This document shows positions 17,004-27,321 of a stretch of 29,340 bases of DNA, one piece after another. Under the pieces are notes generated by a model. That model did no database searches. It worked only from the letters and a program-made list of their open reading frames with translations, and was not told where the DNA came from. The DNA lies in the IMG/VR virus record IMGVR_UViG_3300028833_002847; one strand, given 5' to 3'. This DNA is from a virus. The first letter of the stretch is position 1. Every line of letters begins with the position of its first letter. Position numbers and translations under genes: made by a program.

Positions 17004-18002
17004 ATGGCTGTTGATATTTTTGGAATTACTCCTCACAAAGTTAGTCGAGATCTTAAGGGATATACGGTGCTATTTTATGGAGCACCAAAGACAGGTAAGA
17101 CAACTATTGCATCTCAATTTGATAAAGCTCTATTATTAGCTTTTGAGGTTGGTTATTTAGCTCTTCCTGGTGTTATGGCACAACCTATTAATTATTGGTC
17201 AGATTTTAAACAAGTACTTCGTCAGTTAAAAGAAGATCAAGCTCATGAAATGTTTTCAAATATTATTATAGATACGGCAGATATTGCTTATGATCTTTGT
17301 GAAAAGTTTATTTGTAGTCAAAATAGTGTCAGTTCAATAGGTGATATGCCTTATGGCGCTGGTTATGCAAAAGTTTCTAAGGAATTTGATGAAGCTTTAC
17401 GACAAATTCCGCAAATGGGATATGGATTAATTATTATTTCTCATTCTCAAGATAAAGTTTTTAAAGATGAAAATGGGAAAGAATTTAATCAAATTGTTCC
17501 AACTCTTGGAACTCGTCCTCGTTTAATTGTAGATAGGATGTCAGATATTATCGGTTTTGCTCATCCTGAATTAGATGAAGAAGGTAATACTAGAACAGCT
17601 CTTTATCTACGTGGTACTCCTAGATTTATTGCTGGTAGTCGTTTTAAATATATTAAACCAGTAATTGAATTTACTTATGATAATCTTGTAGACGCTATTC
17701 ATGAAGCTATTGATAAAGAAGCAGAAGAACATGAAGGAAAACTTGTTGTTGATTCTGCTGAAAGAGTTACAGTAGAAGAAATTGATTATGATGCTTGTAT
17801 TGAAAAATTTAATCAATTAGTAAATAAACTTCAAGAAGTTAGTGGAGCTGAATTTGGTAATCGTTGGGCTGGTAAAATTATTGAACTAACTGACAAGTAT
17901 CTTGGTAAAGGTAAAAAGATTACAGAAACAACTTCAGAACAAGCAGAACAAGTATATTTAATTGTTACTGATCTTGAAGATGAAATGAAGAAATATCTAT
18001 AA
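17004..18002 (+). CDS. Sak4-like RecA-family (AAA_24) ATPase, single-strand annealing or recombination
   Basis: Walker A FYGAPKTGKTTIASQF, Walker B IIIDTADI. The size and its position next to an SSB and a helicase are typical of Sak4. Confidence 0.6.
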   Translation: MAVDIFGITPHKVSRDLKGYTVLFYGAPKTGKTTIASQFDKALLLAFEVGYLALPGVMAQPINYWSDFKQVLRQLKEDQAHEMFSNIIIDTADIAYDLCEKFICSQNSVSSIGDMPYGAGYAKVSKEFDEALRQIPQMGYGLIIISHSQDKVFKDENGKEFNQIVPTLGTRPRLIVDRMSDIIGFAHPELDEEGNTRTALYLRGTPRFIAGSRFKYIKPVIEFTYDNLVDAIHEAIDKEAEEHEGKLVVDSAERVTVEEIDYDACIEKFNQLVNKLQEVSGAEFGNRWAGKIIELTDKYLGKGKKITETTSEQAEQVYLIVTDLEDEMKKYL

Positions 18003-18014
18003 AGTTTAAAATAG

Positions 18015-18057
18015 AAAGGATAGGAAAATAAAATAGATTTTTCCTATCCTTTTTTTA
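18015..18057 (+). terminator. Rho-independent terminator
   Basis: 14-bp perfect stem aaaggataggaaaa / ttttcctatccttt, followed by ttttt. Confidence 0.75.
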
Positions 18058-18073
18058 ATATAAAAGGAATTTT

Positions 18074-18445
18074 ATGAATAGACGTCAACTGTTAGATAAA
18101 ATTAGAACTCATTATCTTAAAGATTATTATAATTATAATAAAGTAAGTTCTCAACTAAAAAGATATGAAGAACAAGGATTTAATTATGATACTATAAACG
18201 ATATCTTACATTATTGGTATGATATTAAAAAAGAAAAACCTGAAAAATCTAATGGTGGAATTGCTATTATTGAATATATTTTAGTAGAGTATAATAATTG
18301 GAAAAAAAGCCAAGAGGAACAAGAAGAAACAATAAAGTTAATTAAACAAAACATTAATAAGTTAAATTATAAAGAAAAAGAATACACCGTTAATCCAACT
18401 CCAATTAAAAGACCTCTGCATTTAAAATTATTTAATTTAGAATAA
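18074..18445 (+). CDS. Hypothetical protein (123 aa); by position, a possible helicase loader
   Basis: Immediately upstream of the DnaB-like helicase, as for the small SPP1 G39P-type loaders. Inferred from position only. Confidence 0.3.
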   Translation: MNRRQLLDKIRTHYLKDYYNYNKVSSQLKRYEEQGFNYDTINDILHYWYDIKKEKPEKSNGGIAIIEYILVEYNNWKKSQEEQEETIKLIKQNINKLNYKEKEYTVNPTPIKRPLHLKLFNLE

Positions 18446-18448
18446 GAG

Positions 18449-19888
18449 GTGTTTTTATTGAATAAGAATCAAATTAATAGTTTATATGATAGCGCTTCTG
18501 CGCTTCAAATTTTAGGATGTACAATGAAACATCCAAATTTAATTATTAATAGTGATGGTAAATATACTTTTACAGAAGATGATTTTGTTCCTGAAATTCA
18601 TAAAATTGCATTTGGAGCTTTATATAATTTAGCAATTATGGGAACAACAAATATTACAGTTCAAGTAGTTTATGATTATTTATCTGATAGACCTAAATCA
18701 TTAGGGGTCTTTCAAGCAAGTAATGGAGAAGAGCTTCTTACTAGAGCTAAAGAAGCAGCTGATTTTGCAGCTTTTGATTTTTATTATAATCGTTTAAAAA
18801 AATATTCACTTCTTAGAGGATATGCACGTGCGGGAGTTGACGTATCAGAATATTATAATTTTAACAATATTCTTAATATGAAAGAAAAGCAAGAAGAACA
18901 AGAAAGATTTGATTCTTTAACTTTAACTGAATTAGCTGATGAAATTGATAGTTCTATCATGCGAGTTAGAGACGTATATGTTGATAATAGTTTAGAAGAA
19001 TCTTATACAATTGGAGATAATCTTTTTGAACTTGTAGAATCTTTAAAAGAAACTCCTGAAATGGGACTTCCCTTATATGGTGACATTTGCAATACAATTA
19101 CTAGAGGAGCAAGACTTGGTTGTCTATATCTTCGTTCAGCAGCAACAGGAGTGGGTAAAAGTCGTAGTCTTTTAGCAGATTCTTGTTATATGGCTTGCTC
19201 AGAAATTTATAATAATTCGACGCAACAATGGGAAAATCACGGTAGCCCGCAACCTTCTTTATTTATTTCTACAGAATTAGAATTAAGAGAACTTCAAACT
19301 ATGGCTTTGGCATTTATATCTGGTATTCCTGAAAATAGAATTTTAGATGGAGAATTACATTTTGATGAAGAAGATAGATTGAAAAAAGCTATAGGATTAT
19401 TACAAAATGCTCCACTTTATATTGAATTATTACCTAATTTTTCTGTAAAAGATATTGAAAATTGTATTAAAAGAAATTTAAGAATAAACAGAGTGCAATA
19501 TATTTTCTTTGATTACTTATCTACTTCTCTTGGAATTCTTGAAGAAGTTGGACGTAGAACTCGCGGAGTTGCAATGCGAGAAGATAGTATTTTATTTTTA
19601 ATATCAACTAAACTTAAAGAAATAGCAGTTCAATTCAATGTTTTTATTATGACAGCGACTCAACTTAATATGGATTGGAAAACCGATCCGTTACCTGACC
19701 AAAATTTATTAAGAGGAGCAAAATCCATCGCAGATAAAACAGATTTTGGTAGTATTCTATTAAATTCAACAGAAAAAGATGAACAAATGTTAGCTCCTAT
19801 CATTCAAGAATTAGGATGTTCTATGCCTAATGTAAAATTAAGTGTATATAAAAATCGTAGAGGTTCAATTGTTCAATCTTATATTTGA
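18449..19888 (+). CDS. DnaB-family replicative DNA helicase
   Basis: RecA-like core with Walker A LRSAATGVGKS. The start is probably TTG 18458 after RBS aagaggtg. This is the only ORF in the window that nominally ends in TGA (19886-19888); see the next feature. Confidence 0.75.
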   Translation: MFLLNKNQINSLYDSASALQILGCTMKHPNLIINSDGKYTFTEDDFVPEIHKIAFGALYNLAIMGTTNITVQVVYDYLSDRPKSLGVFQASNGEELLTRAKEAADFAAFDFYYNRLKKYSLLRGYARAGVDVSEYYNFNNILNMKEKQEEQERFDSLTLTELADEIDSSIMRVRDVYVDNSLEESYTIGDNLFELVESLKETPEMGLPLYGDICNTITRGARLGCLYLRSAATGVGKSRSLLADSCYMACSEIYNNSTQQWENHGSPQPSLFISTELELRELQTMALAFISGIPENRILDGELHFDEEDRLKKAIGLLQNAPLYIELLPNFSVKDIENCIKRNLRINRVQYIFFDYLSTSLGILEEVGRRTRGVAMREDSILFLISTKLKEIAVQFNVFIMTATQLNMDWKTDPLPDQNLLRGAKSIADKTDFGSILLNSTEKDEQMLAPIIQELGCSMPNVKLSVYKNRRGSIVQSYI

Positions 19889-20005
19889 ATGGTAGCCGAT
19901 AAATCAACTTGTAGATTTAATCCAATTTTTGTAACTGATTGGTGGTATAAACCAATAGAAGTAGAAAAAACTAAAATTAAAGTAGTATTACCTTGGGAAG
20001 ATTAA
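19889..20005 (+). CDS. 38-codon ORF in frame with the helicase. Either a C-terminal read-through extension (if TGA = Trp) or a separate small peptide.
   Basis: ATG 19889 directly follows TGA 19886-19888 in the same frame; TAA 20003-20005 is followed by the primase ATG 20007. Confidence 0.4.
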   Translation: MVADKSTCRFNPIFVTDWWYKPIEVEKTKIKVVLPWED

Positions 20006-20006
20006 T

Positions 20007-21077
20007 ATGGCTTTTTATGATAAAGATGAAGTTAAAAATGCCTTAGATATAGAAGATGTATTTGATATTTTAGAATCATTAAATGCTGAGCCAGACTTGC
20101 GGGAAGATTATATTATAGCTATTACAGTTTGTCATGGTGGAGATAGTCATAAATTATATTATTATGATAATACTAAACTTTTTAAATGTTTTACTCATTG
20201 CGGAACAATGGATATCTTTGAATTATTAATGAAGATTAAACAAATAGATTTAAATACTGCTGTATCTTATGTTGTTAATTTCTTTAATTTGGGTTGGAAA
20301 ATTAAAAATAAAGATAATATTGATAATTTTTTAGACTGGAGAATATTAGATAAATATGAATATATAACTAATATTAAAATTAATAATCAAAAAGCAGTTT
20401 TTCCAGAAATTGATTCTAAAATTTTACAACATTTCCCGCAACCTAGAATATTAAATTGGGAACAAGAACATATACCAAAAGAAATAAGTGATTATATGGA
20501 CATTCATTATAATCCTTTAACCGGAGGTATCCTTATTCCGCATACGGATGAAAATAATAGATTAATTGGTATTAGAGAAAGAACTTTAGTTCAAGAAAAT
20601 GAGAAATATGGTAAATATCGTCCAGCAAGAATTAATGGCAATATGTATAACCATGCTCTTGGATTTAATTTATATGGTTTCTATCAAGCTAAGGAAAATA
20701 TTAAAAATACTCAAATTGCTTTAATTTTAGAAGCTGAAAAAAGTGTTCTTCAAGCAATTAATTATTTAGGAATAGCAAATAATATAGCTGTTGCAGTTTG
20801 CGGATCAACCTTATCTTCATATCAATTGCAAATGCTATTGGACATAGGAGTAAAAGAAATTGCAATAGGTTTTGATGCTGATTATCAAAAAATTGGAGAT
20901 AAAGAATATGAAGAAACTATAAAAAAATTTGAAAAAATATATAATAAATATTGTGGATATGTTAATATAAGTTTTTTATTTGATATAAATGGTGATTTAT
21001 TAGAATATAAAAATTCTCCAACAGACAAAGGAAAAGATGTATTTTTTCAATTATGGAGAAATAGAGTATTCTTATAA
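20007..21077 (+). CDS. DnaG-type DNA primase (zinc finger plus TOPRIM)
   Basis: CHC2 zinc finger CHGGDSHKLYYYDNTKLFKCFTHCG; TOPRIM glutamate in LILEAEKSV; DxD in GFDADYQ. Confidence 0.75.
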   Translation: MAFYDKDEVKNALDIEDVFDILESLNAEPDLREDYIIAITVCHGGDSHKLYYYDNTKLFKCFTHCGTMDIFELLMKIKQIDLNTAVSYVVNFFNLGWKIKNKDNIDNFLDWRILDKYEYITNIKINNQKAVFPEIDSKILQHFPQPRILNWEQEHIPKEISDYMDIHYNPLTGGILIPHTDENNRLIGIRERTLVQENEKYGKYRPARINGNMYNHALGFNLYGFYQAKENIKNTQIALILEAEKSVLQAINYLGIANNIAVAVCGSTLSSYQLQMLLDIGVKEIAIGFDADYQKIGDKEYEETIKKFEKIYNKYCGYVNISFLFDINGDLLEYKNSPTDKGKDVFFQLWRNRVFL

Positions 21078-21092
21078 AAGGAGGTTTTTAAA

Positions 21093-22850
21093 ATAAATAT
21101 TAAAGAATATAATAGTCCAAATCCTTTATATACTCCAATTCAACAAGTTCTTTATAACAGAGGTATCCCAATAGAAGAACAAGAAAAATGGTTAAATGCT
21201 GATTGAAGATATATTAATGATTGAAGAGCTTTTGGAGAAGAAAGGGTGCGGGAAGCAGCGTCAATTATTTATAAAGCTCTTAAAAATAATGAACGTATTT
21301 CAACAGTAGTTGATCCAGACGTTGATGGATTTACATCGGCCGCAATTATGATTAATTTTATTAATAATTATTTTCCAAAATATGTTAATGAAAATTTTTA
21401 CTATGTGCTTCATTCTGGTAAACAACATGGTTTAGCTGATATTGATTTACAAGATATTGTTGATAGAGGTACTAGTATAATGTGGATTGGTGATGCTGCT
21501 AGTAATGATTATGAACAACATAAGTTTTTAGTAGATAACGGTATAGATGTAATTATTACAGACCATCACGAATGTGACGAATATAGTCCATATGCAATTA
21601 CTATTAATAATCAAATGTGTGATTATCCAAATAAAAGTTTAAGCGGTGTTGGTGTTACTTGGCAACTTTGTAGAGCAATTGAAGAGATTTATCAATTAGG
21701 TGATTATACTTCTAAAATGGTTGATTTAGTTGCTTTAGGTGTTTTATCAGATATGATGGATTATCGGCAGATAGAAGTTAGAGCTTTAGTAAATCTTGGT
21801 TTAAATGCAATTACCAATCCTTTTTTCCGTGGAATGACTATTAAGAATAAATACTCTATTGATAAAATGAATGGTATTAATTATTTTTCAACTGCTTTTT
21901 ATGTAACTCCTTATATTAATGCAATCTGTAGAAGTGGAACTCTAGCAGAAAAAGAAATTGTTTTTAAAGCTATGTGTATTCCATATGCTTTTCAAAAAAT
22001 ATTAACAACTAAAAGAGGTCATAAAGGTGAAACTGTTGCTTTATATGAAGAAGCTATTTTAATTGCAGATAGAGTAAAAAGACGTCAAACAAAATTACAA
22101 GATGCTTCAATGGCTTTGTTAAAAAATAAAATTGAAAAAGAGCAACTTCTTAATAATTCAGTAATAGTTCTTTTATGCAACCCTGGTGATGTAGAGCCAA
22201 ACATTGCTGGATTATGTGCAAATAAAATTCAAGCAGAATATCAACGTCCAACTCTTATCTTAATTAAAACACATCAGTTTAAAGATAAAGAAGATATTTA
22301 TAGAGGCTCTGCCCGCAATTATAGTCAATGTGAAATTGAAGATTTTCGTAAAGTATGCGAAGATACTGGTGAAACAAGTTTAGCACAAGGCCATCAAGGA
22401 GCTTTCGGTTGCTGGATTCCCGAATCTAATTTAGATAATTTTATTTCAAAAACAAATGAATATTATAAAAATCTAGATATGTCTCCTACCTATTGGGTTG
22501 ATTATAATTGGAATAGTAATCAAATTGATTCTAAAATACTTTTAGATTTAGCAGATTTAAATATTTTTGGTCAAGAAATACCAGAAGTATTTGTTGCAAT
22601 AAAAGATGTTTCTTTATCAGAATCTAATGTTACTTTAATGAGTCCTGATAAACATCCAACAATTAAGATACAAATAGGAGATGTTTCTATTATCAAATTT
22701 AAATCAAGTCAAGAAGAATATGAGAGTTTTATCCAACCAAATACTAAAATTACTTTAATAGGTAAGCCTGCTAAAAATGAATGGATGGGGAGCGTATCCG
22801 CTCAGATTTTAATTGATAATTATGAATTAAAAACAGAATGGGTATTTTAA
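21093..22850 (+). CDS. RecJ-like DHH-family ssDNA exonuclease. The N-terminus, with two TGA = Trp codons, lies upstream of the tracked ORF.
   Basis: DHH motifs VVDPDVDGFTS and ITDHHE; DHHA1 motif GHQGAFG. The frame is open from 21078 with RBS aaaggagg at 21077-21084 but no in-frame ATG. Either an ATA 21093 or ATT 21099 start is used, or GTG 21246. The upstream peptide YTPIQQVLYNRGIPIEEQEKWLNADWRYINDW resembles the RecJ N-terminus. Confidence 0.65.
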
Positions 22851-22927
22851 CCTCTGCAAGCACGAATATTTAGCAAAAACACGCCTGGGAAATTTTTTAA
22901 TCGAATCCCTTAAAAAGGAGAAAAACA

Positions 22928-23095
22928 ATGTCAAAAAATAATCAAGTTCAAGATGATAATGAAAAACTTCGTAAAGATTTTAAGCGTTTTATTAATAGTA
23001 AAAAGTTTATTGATTTTATAGTTCAAAATGCTCCAGATATTTATGTTTCAACTATTATTTTTGAGGCTCTTGATAAAGCATTAAAGGAAATTTAA
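22928..23095 (+). CDS. Small protein (55 aa)
   Basis: RBS aaaaaggag, ATG 22928, TAA 23093-23095. Below the track cutoff. Confidence 0.35.
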   Translation: MSKNNQVQDDNEKLRKDFKRFINSKKFIDFIVQNAPDIYVSTIIFEALDKALKEI

Positions 23096-23125
23096 TTGAC
23101 AACTTTTAATTTATAATGATATAAT
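23096..23125 (+). promoter_or_regulatory. Sigma-A-type promoter: TTGACA-N18-TGaTATAAT
   Basis: -35 23096-23101, tg 23117-23118, tataat 23120-23125. Confidence 0.6.
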
Positions 23126-23154
23126 ATTAATGTAAGATAAAATAGTGACGAAAG

Positions 23155-26100
23155 GTGTCAATTTTGAATCAAAGGGTAAGCATTCATAATCACACTTATT
23201 TTAGTAATCTTCGCCTACTTGATGCTTTATCGTCACCAGAGGCGTTGATTGACAAAGCAATTGAATTAGGTCTTGCAGGAATCGGAATTAGTGACCATGA
23301 ATCTTTATCAAGTCATGTTAGAGTAAATAAATATGCTCAAAAAATTAAAGAAGATTATCCAGATTTTAAAGTAATTCTAGGTAATGAAATTTATTTAACT
23401 AAAACTAGAGATTCAGGACAAAAATATTATCACTTTCTTTTAGCTGCTAAAGATGAAATTGGTCATAAAACTATGCGGGAATTATCAAGTATTGCTTGGT
23501 TAAATAGTTATTTTGATAGAGGGTTACAAAGAGTTCCTACACTTTATGATGAATTAAAAGAAATTGTTTTAAAATATGGCAAAGGTCATCTTATTGCTAG
23601 TTCAGCATGTATAGGTTCAAATCTTGGACAAAATATCTTAAAAATGCGAGAAGCAGATATTATTGGAGATATTACTTCTCGTAAAGAAGCACATGATGAT
23701 ATTGTTAATCATGTATTATTTTGTCAAGACTTATTTGGAGATGATTTTTATTTTGAAATTGCTCCAGCATTATATGAAGAACAAATTTATGTTAATCAAA
23801 AAACTTATGAATTAAGTAAAATATTTGGAACTAAAGTAACAGTTCAAGATGATAGTCACAGAATAACTCAAGAAGATTATATTGCTCATAAAGCTCTTCT
23901 TAATAGTAAACAAGGAGAGCGAGAAGATATTGATAGTTTTTATCAATATACTTATCTTCAAAGTTATGAAGATATTAGAAAACATTTAGCTCCAACCAAT
24001 TTAGATTGTGATGAACTGTTTGCTAATAGTATGGAAATTTATAATAAAGTAGAAGAATATTCTTTACTTCATAATCAGAAAGTAGTTCAAGTAGCAGTAC
24101 AAGATTTTCCTAAAAAAGAAAAAACTGAATTAGATAAAGAAAAATATTCTGTTTTAAATTCTTTATATAATAGTGATAATATTCAAGAAAGAAATTGGGT
24201 TAATCAATGTATTAATAAACTTAAAGAAAAAAATATTTTTAATGATTTATATTTAACAGAATTAGAGTATGAAGCAGATATTCAAAAAGTTGTTGGAGAA
24301 AAATTAGGAACTTGTTTATTTGCTTATCCTCTTTTTCTTCAACACTATATTGATTTATTTTGGGAGTGCGGAAGTCCTGTTGGAGTCGCTAGAGGATCGG
24401 GCGCAGCTGGTCTTAACCACTATCTTCTTGGTATTACTCAGTTAGATCCCCTTAAAGAAGGTTTTAAATATTGGCGATTTCTTAATAAAGAGCGCCTAGA
24501 GCTACCAGATATAGATATAGATACGGCACCAGATCGAAAACAAGCGGTCTTTAGTAAAATAAGAGAAGAACGAGGTCCACTTGGTTTAGTTCAAATTTGT
24601 ACATTTGGTACTCTAAGTAGTCGAGCATCTGTACAAAGTGCTTGTAGGGGTTATAGATCAGCTGAATATCCAAATGGAATTGATGTAGATGAAGCTCAAT
24701 ATTTAACTTCTCTTATTGGTAGTGAAAGAGGTTTTGTATGGAGTATCCATGATACTGTTTATGGTAATCCAGATAAAAATAGAAAACCTGTTAAAAATTT
24801 TGTTAATGCTGTTAGTAAATATTCAGGTTTATTAGATATTATTCTTAAACTTGAAGGTTGTATATCTCATAGAGGTATTCATGCAAGTGGAGTTCTCTTT
24901 CTTGATAAAGGTCATGAGTATGATATTAATGCATTAATGATGGCTCCTGATGGATCAATAACAACACAATATGACCTTCACGATGCAGAGTCAACTGGAA
25001 ATGTTAAGTATGACTTCCTTTACACAGATGTTGAAAGCAAAATAGCTCAATGTCTACAACTTTTACAAGAACATGGTAAAATTGAAAAAGATTTAACTTT
25101 ACGTGAAGCTTATAATAAATATTTACACCCAGATGTTCTTCCAATGGAAGAAGATAAGCTTTGGGATGCAATTGATAAAGCAAATATTCCTAGTCTTTTT
25201 CAATTAACTTCTATGGTTGGTTCTCAAACAGTTAAAAAATTAAGACCTAGAAATATTAAAACATTAAATGATGTTAATGGTATTATGCGTCTTATGGCTG
25301 ATGATAGTGGTGAGTCTCCAACAGATAGATATGCAAGACTTCAAAATAATCCTCAACAATGGGAAGATGAAATGAATTATTATAATCTTACCCAAGAGGA
25401 AAAGAATGTTATTAGAGAATATGTCAATAATGGAGTTTTAATTGATCAAGAGACTCTAATGAGAATTCTTATGGATGAAAGAGTTTGTTCATTTTCTCTT
25501 AAGGAATCTAATGCAGCTCGTAAAATCGTAGCTAAAAAACAAATGAATCAAATTGAAAAACTACATCAACAAATTCTTAATAAGGCAACAAGTGAAGCGA
25601 TGGGAAAATATCTATGGTTCCTCCTAGCTCCGTCCATGGGCTATAGTTTTTCATCCATTCATGGAACAAGTTACAGTTATATTGCCGTTCAATGTGCATA
25701 TCTTGCCACATATTTTCCATCTATTTATTGGAATACTGCTTGTGTACGAGTAGATGCGGGATTAGGATTAGATGATACAACCGCATATGAAAAAATTGCT
25801 AGAGCATTAGGAAATATCAAAGAACAAGGTATTGGTATTTCAACAATTGATATTAATAAATCTGGGATGTCTTTTGAGCCAGATGAAAAAAACAATACAA
25901 TTATTTATGGATTAAAAGCACTTAATGGAGTAGGTGGAGAAATTACTCAACAAATTATTGATAATAGACCTTATACCTCTGTTGATAATTTTAAAGAAAA
26001 AGTTAAAGTAAATAAAACTGTAATGATATCTTTAATTAAATCTGGTGCTTTTGATGAATTTGGTCCAAGAGACAAGATAATGAAAGATTATTTATATATC

Positions 26101-26979
26101 ACGTGCGGGCCAAAGAAAAGAATTACTCTTCAAAATTTTAAAGGTTTAATGGATAGGAACCTTATCCCGCAAGAATTTGAATTTCAAAAAAGATTATTTG
26201 TTTTTAATAAAGCATTAAAAGCAAATTGTAAAATTGGTGATATGTATGGTATAAACTTTAATTATTATGATTTTTATGAAGAGTTTTTTGATACATCATT
26301 ACTTGAACCTCTTGGTCAAGGTTTAGGAATTCCTCAAAAAACTTGGGATAAACTTTATAAAAATGGAATGGATCCTGTAAGAGATTATTTTAAAGCAAAT
26401 CAACAAGAAATTTTAGATTTATTTAATAATACTCTTTTACAAGAAGAATGGGATAAGTATGCTCAAGGAACTCTTTCTACATGGGAAATGGATTCTTTAT
26501 CTTTTTATTCTCATGAACATGAATTAAGTCATATTGACAATTCTAGATATAATATAGTAAACTATAATAGTCTTAAAAGAGAACCTGAAATTGAATATAT
26601 GTTTAAAAGAAATGGACATGATATTCCTATTTATAAAACTTTTAGAATTGCTGGAACTGTAATTGCTAAAAATAGCACTAAATCAATTGTAACTATTTTA
26701 ACAACAGATAATAATGTTGTAGATATTAAGTTTACAAGAGATTATTTTGCAAAATATAATAAAAGAATTAGTGAAATTGGTTTAGATGGGAAAAAACATA
26801 TCATAGAAAAAGGATTCTTTGATAAAGGAACATTAGTAATTATTAATGGTTTTAGACGTGGAGATATGTTTGTTTCTAAAAAATATTCAAGAACAAAAAG
26901 TCATCAATTATATAAAATTATTAAAATTAATCAAGATGGAAGTCTTGAGATAACAAATAATAGAGCAGGAGAAGAGTAA
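23155..26979 (+). CDS. dnaE: DNA polymerase III alpha subunit (DnaE-type, with N-terminal PHP domain)
   Basis: PHP motifs IHNHTYFS and GISDHES. Palm motif PDIDIDTAPDRKQAVFSKIREERG (compare DnaE DFDMDFC-DRR). GIHASGVLF. True start is probably TTG 23164 after RBS aaaggtg. Zero TGA in 1274 codons. Confidence 0.85.
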   Translation: MSILNQRVSIHNHTYFSNLRLLDALSSPEALIDKAIELGLAGIGISDHESLSSHVRVNKYAQKIKEDYPDFKVILGNEIYLTKTRDSGQKYYHFLLAAKDEIGHKTMRELSSIAWLNSYFDRGLQRVPTLYDELKEIVLKYGKGHLIASSACIGSNLGQNILKMREADIIGDITSRKEAHDDIVNHVLFCQDLFGDDFYFEIAPALYEEQIYVNQKTYELSKIFGTKVTVQDDSHRITQEDYIAHKALLNSKQGEREDIDSFYQYTYLQSYEDIRKHLAPTNLDCDELFANSMEIYNKVEEYSLLHNQKVVQVAVQDFPKKEKTELDKEKYSVLNSLYNSDNIQERNWVNQCINKLKEKNIFNDLYLTELEYEADIQKVVGEKLGTCLFAYPLFLQHYIDLFWECGSPVGVARGSGAAGLNHYLLGITQLDPLKEGFKYWRFLNKERLELPDIDIDTAPDRKQAVFSKIREERGPLGLVQICTFGTLSSRASVQSACRGYRSAEYPNGIDVDEAQYLTSLIGSERGFVWSIHDTVYGNPDKNRKPVKNFVNAVSKYSGLLDIILKLEGCISHRGIHASGVLFLDKGHEYDINALMMAPDGSITTQYDLHDAESTGNVKYDFLYTDVESKIAQCLQLLQEHGKIEKDLTLREAYNKYLHPDVLPMEEDKLWDAIDKANIPSLFQLTSMVGSQTVKKLRPRNIKTLNDVNGIMRLMADDSGESPTDRYARLQNNPQQWEDEMNYYNLTQEEKNVIREYVNNGVLIDQETLMRILMDERVCSFSLKESNAARKIVAKKQMNQIEKLHQQILNKATSEAMGKYLWFLLAPSMGYSFSSIHGTSYSYIAVQCAYLATYFPSIYWNTACVRVDAGLGLDDTTAYEKIARALGNIKEQGIGISTIDINKSGMSFEPDEKNNTIIYGLKALNGVGGEITQQIIDNRPYTSVDNFKEKVKVNKTVMISLIKSGAFDEFGPRDKIMKDYLYITCGPKKRITLQNFKGLMDRNLIPQEFEFQKRLFVFNKALKANCKIGDMYGINFNYYDFYEEFFDTSLLEPLGQGLGIPQKTWDKLYKNGMDPVRDYFKANQQEILDLFNNTLLQEEWDKYAQGTLSTWEMDSLSFYSHEHELSHIDNSRYNIVNYNSLKREPEIEYMFKRNGHDIPIYKTFRIAGTVIAKNSTKSIVTILTTDNNVVDIKFTRDYFAKYNKRISEIGLDGKKHIIEKGFFDKGTLVIINGFRRGDMFVSKKYSRTKSHQLYKIIKINQDGSLEITNNRAGEE

Positions 26980-26998
26980 AAATATTCTTCTCCTTTTG
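26968..26998 (+). terminator. Probable terminator overlapping the polymerase stop codon
   Basis: 8-bp stem ggagaaga / tcttctcc, 10-nt loop, then tttt. Confidence 0.4.
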
Positions 26999-27006
26999 GA
27001 GATAAA

Positions 27007-27321
27007 ATGAATGAATATTGATTTGTACATGAGCCTAAACCTGAATGGGTGCGGGAATTGCAAGAACAAGGAATTTTAACTGGCCCTGAATATGCTGCTG
27101 TAACTATAGTATATACTTTTTATACAGGAGAACATAAAGATTATCTTTATGATGGAGATGCTTTAATTAAAACTACAGAAGGTATTATTGCTCCAATTTC
27201 TTATCAGTGGATAGACAGAGCTAAAAGAAAAAATCCAGATATGAAATTATATTCACCAGTTGAAGGACAAATGGAAGAAATTCTTGCATCTATTTATTCC
27301 AATTTGGGCAAAAATAAATAA
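27007..27321 (+). CDS. Hypothetical protein (104 aa) using both TGA and TGG for Trp
   Basis: RBS ggaga, ATG 27007, in-frame TGA 27019-27021 and TGG 27046-27048. The tracked ORF 27049..27321 is the C-terminal part. Confidence 0.45.

Noticed and set aside
22851-22927. A terminator or promoter after the RecJ-like gene
   Set aside because: Only a 4-bp GGGA/TCCC stem and no TTGACA-like hexamer. Insufficient support.
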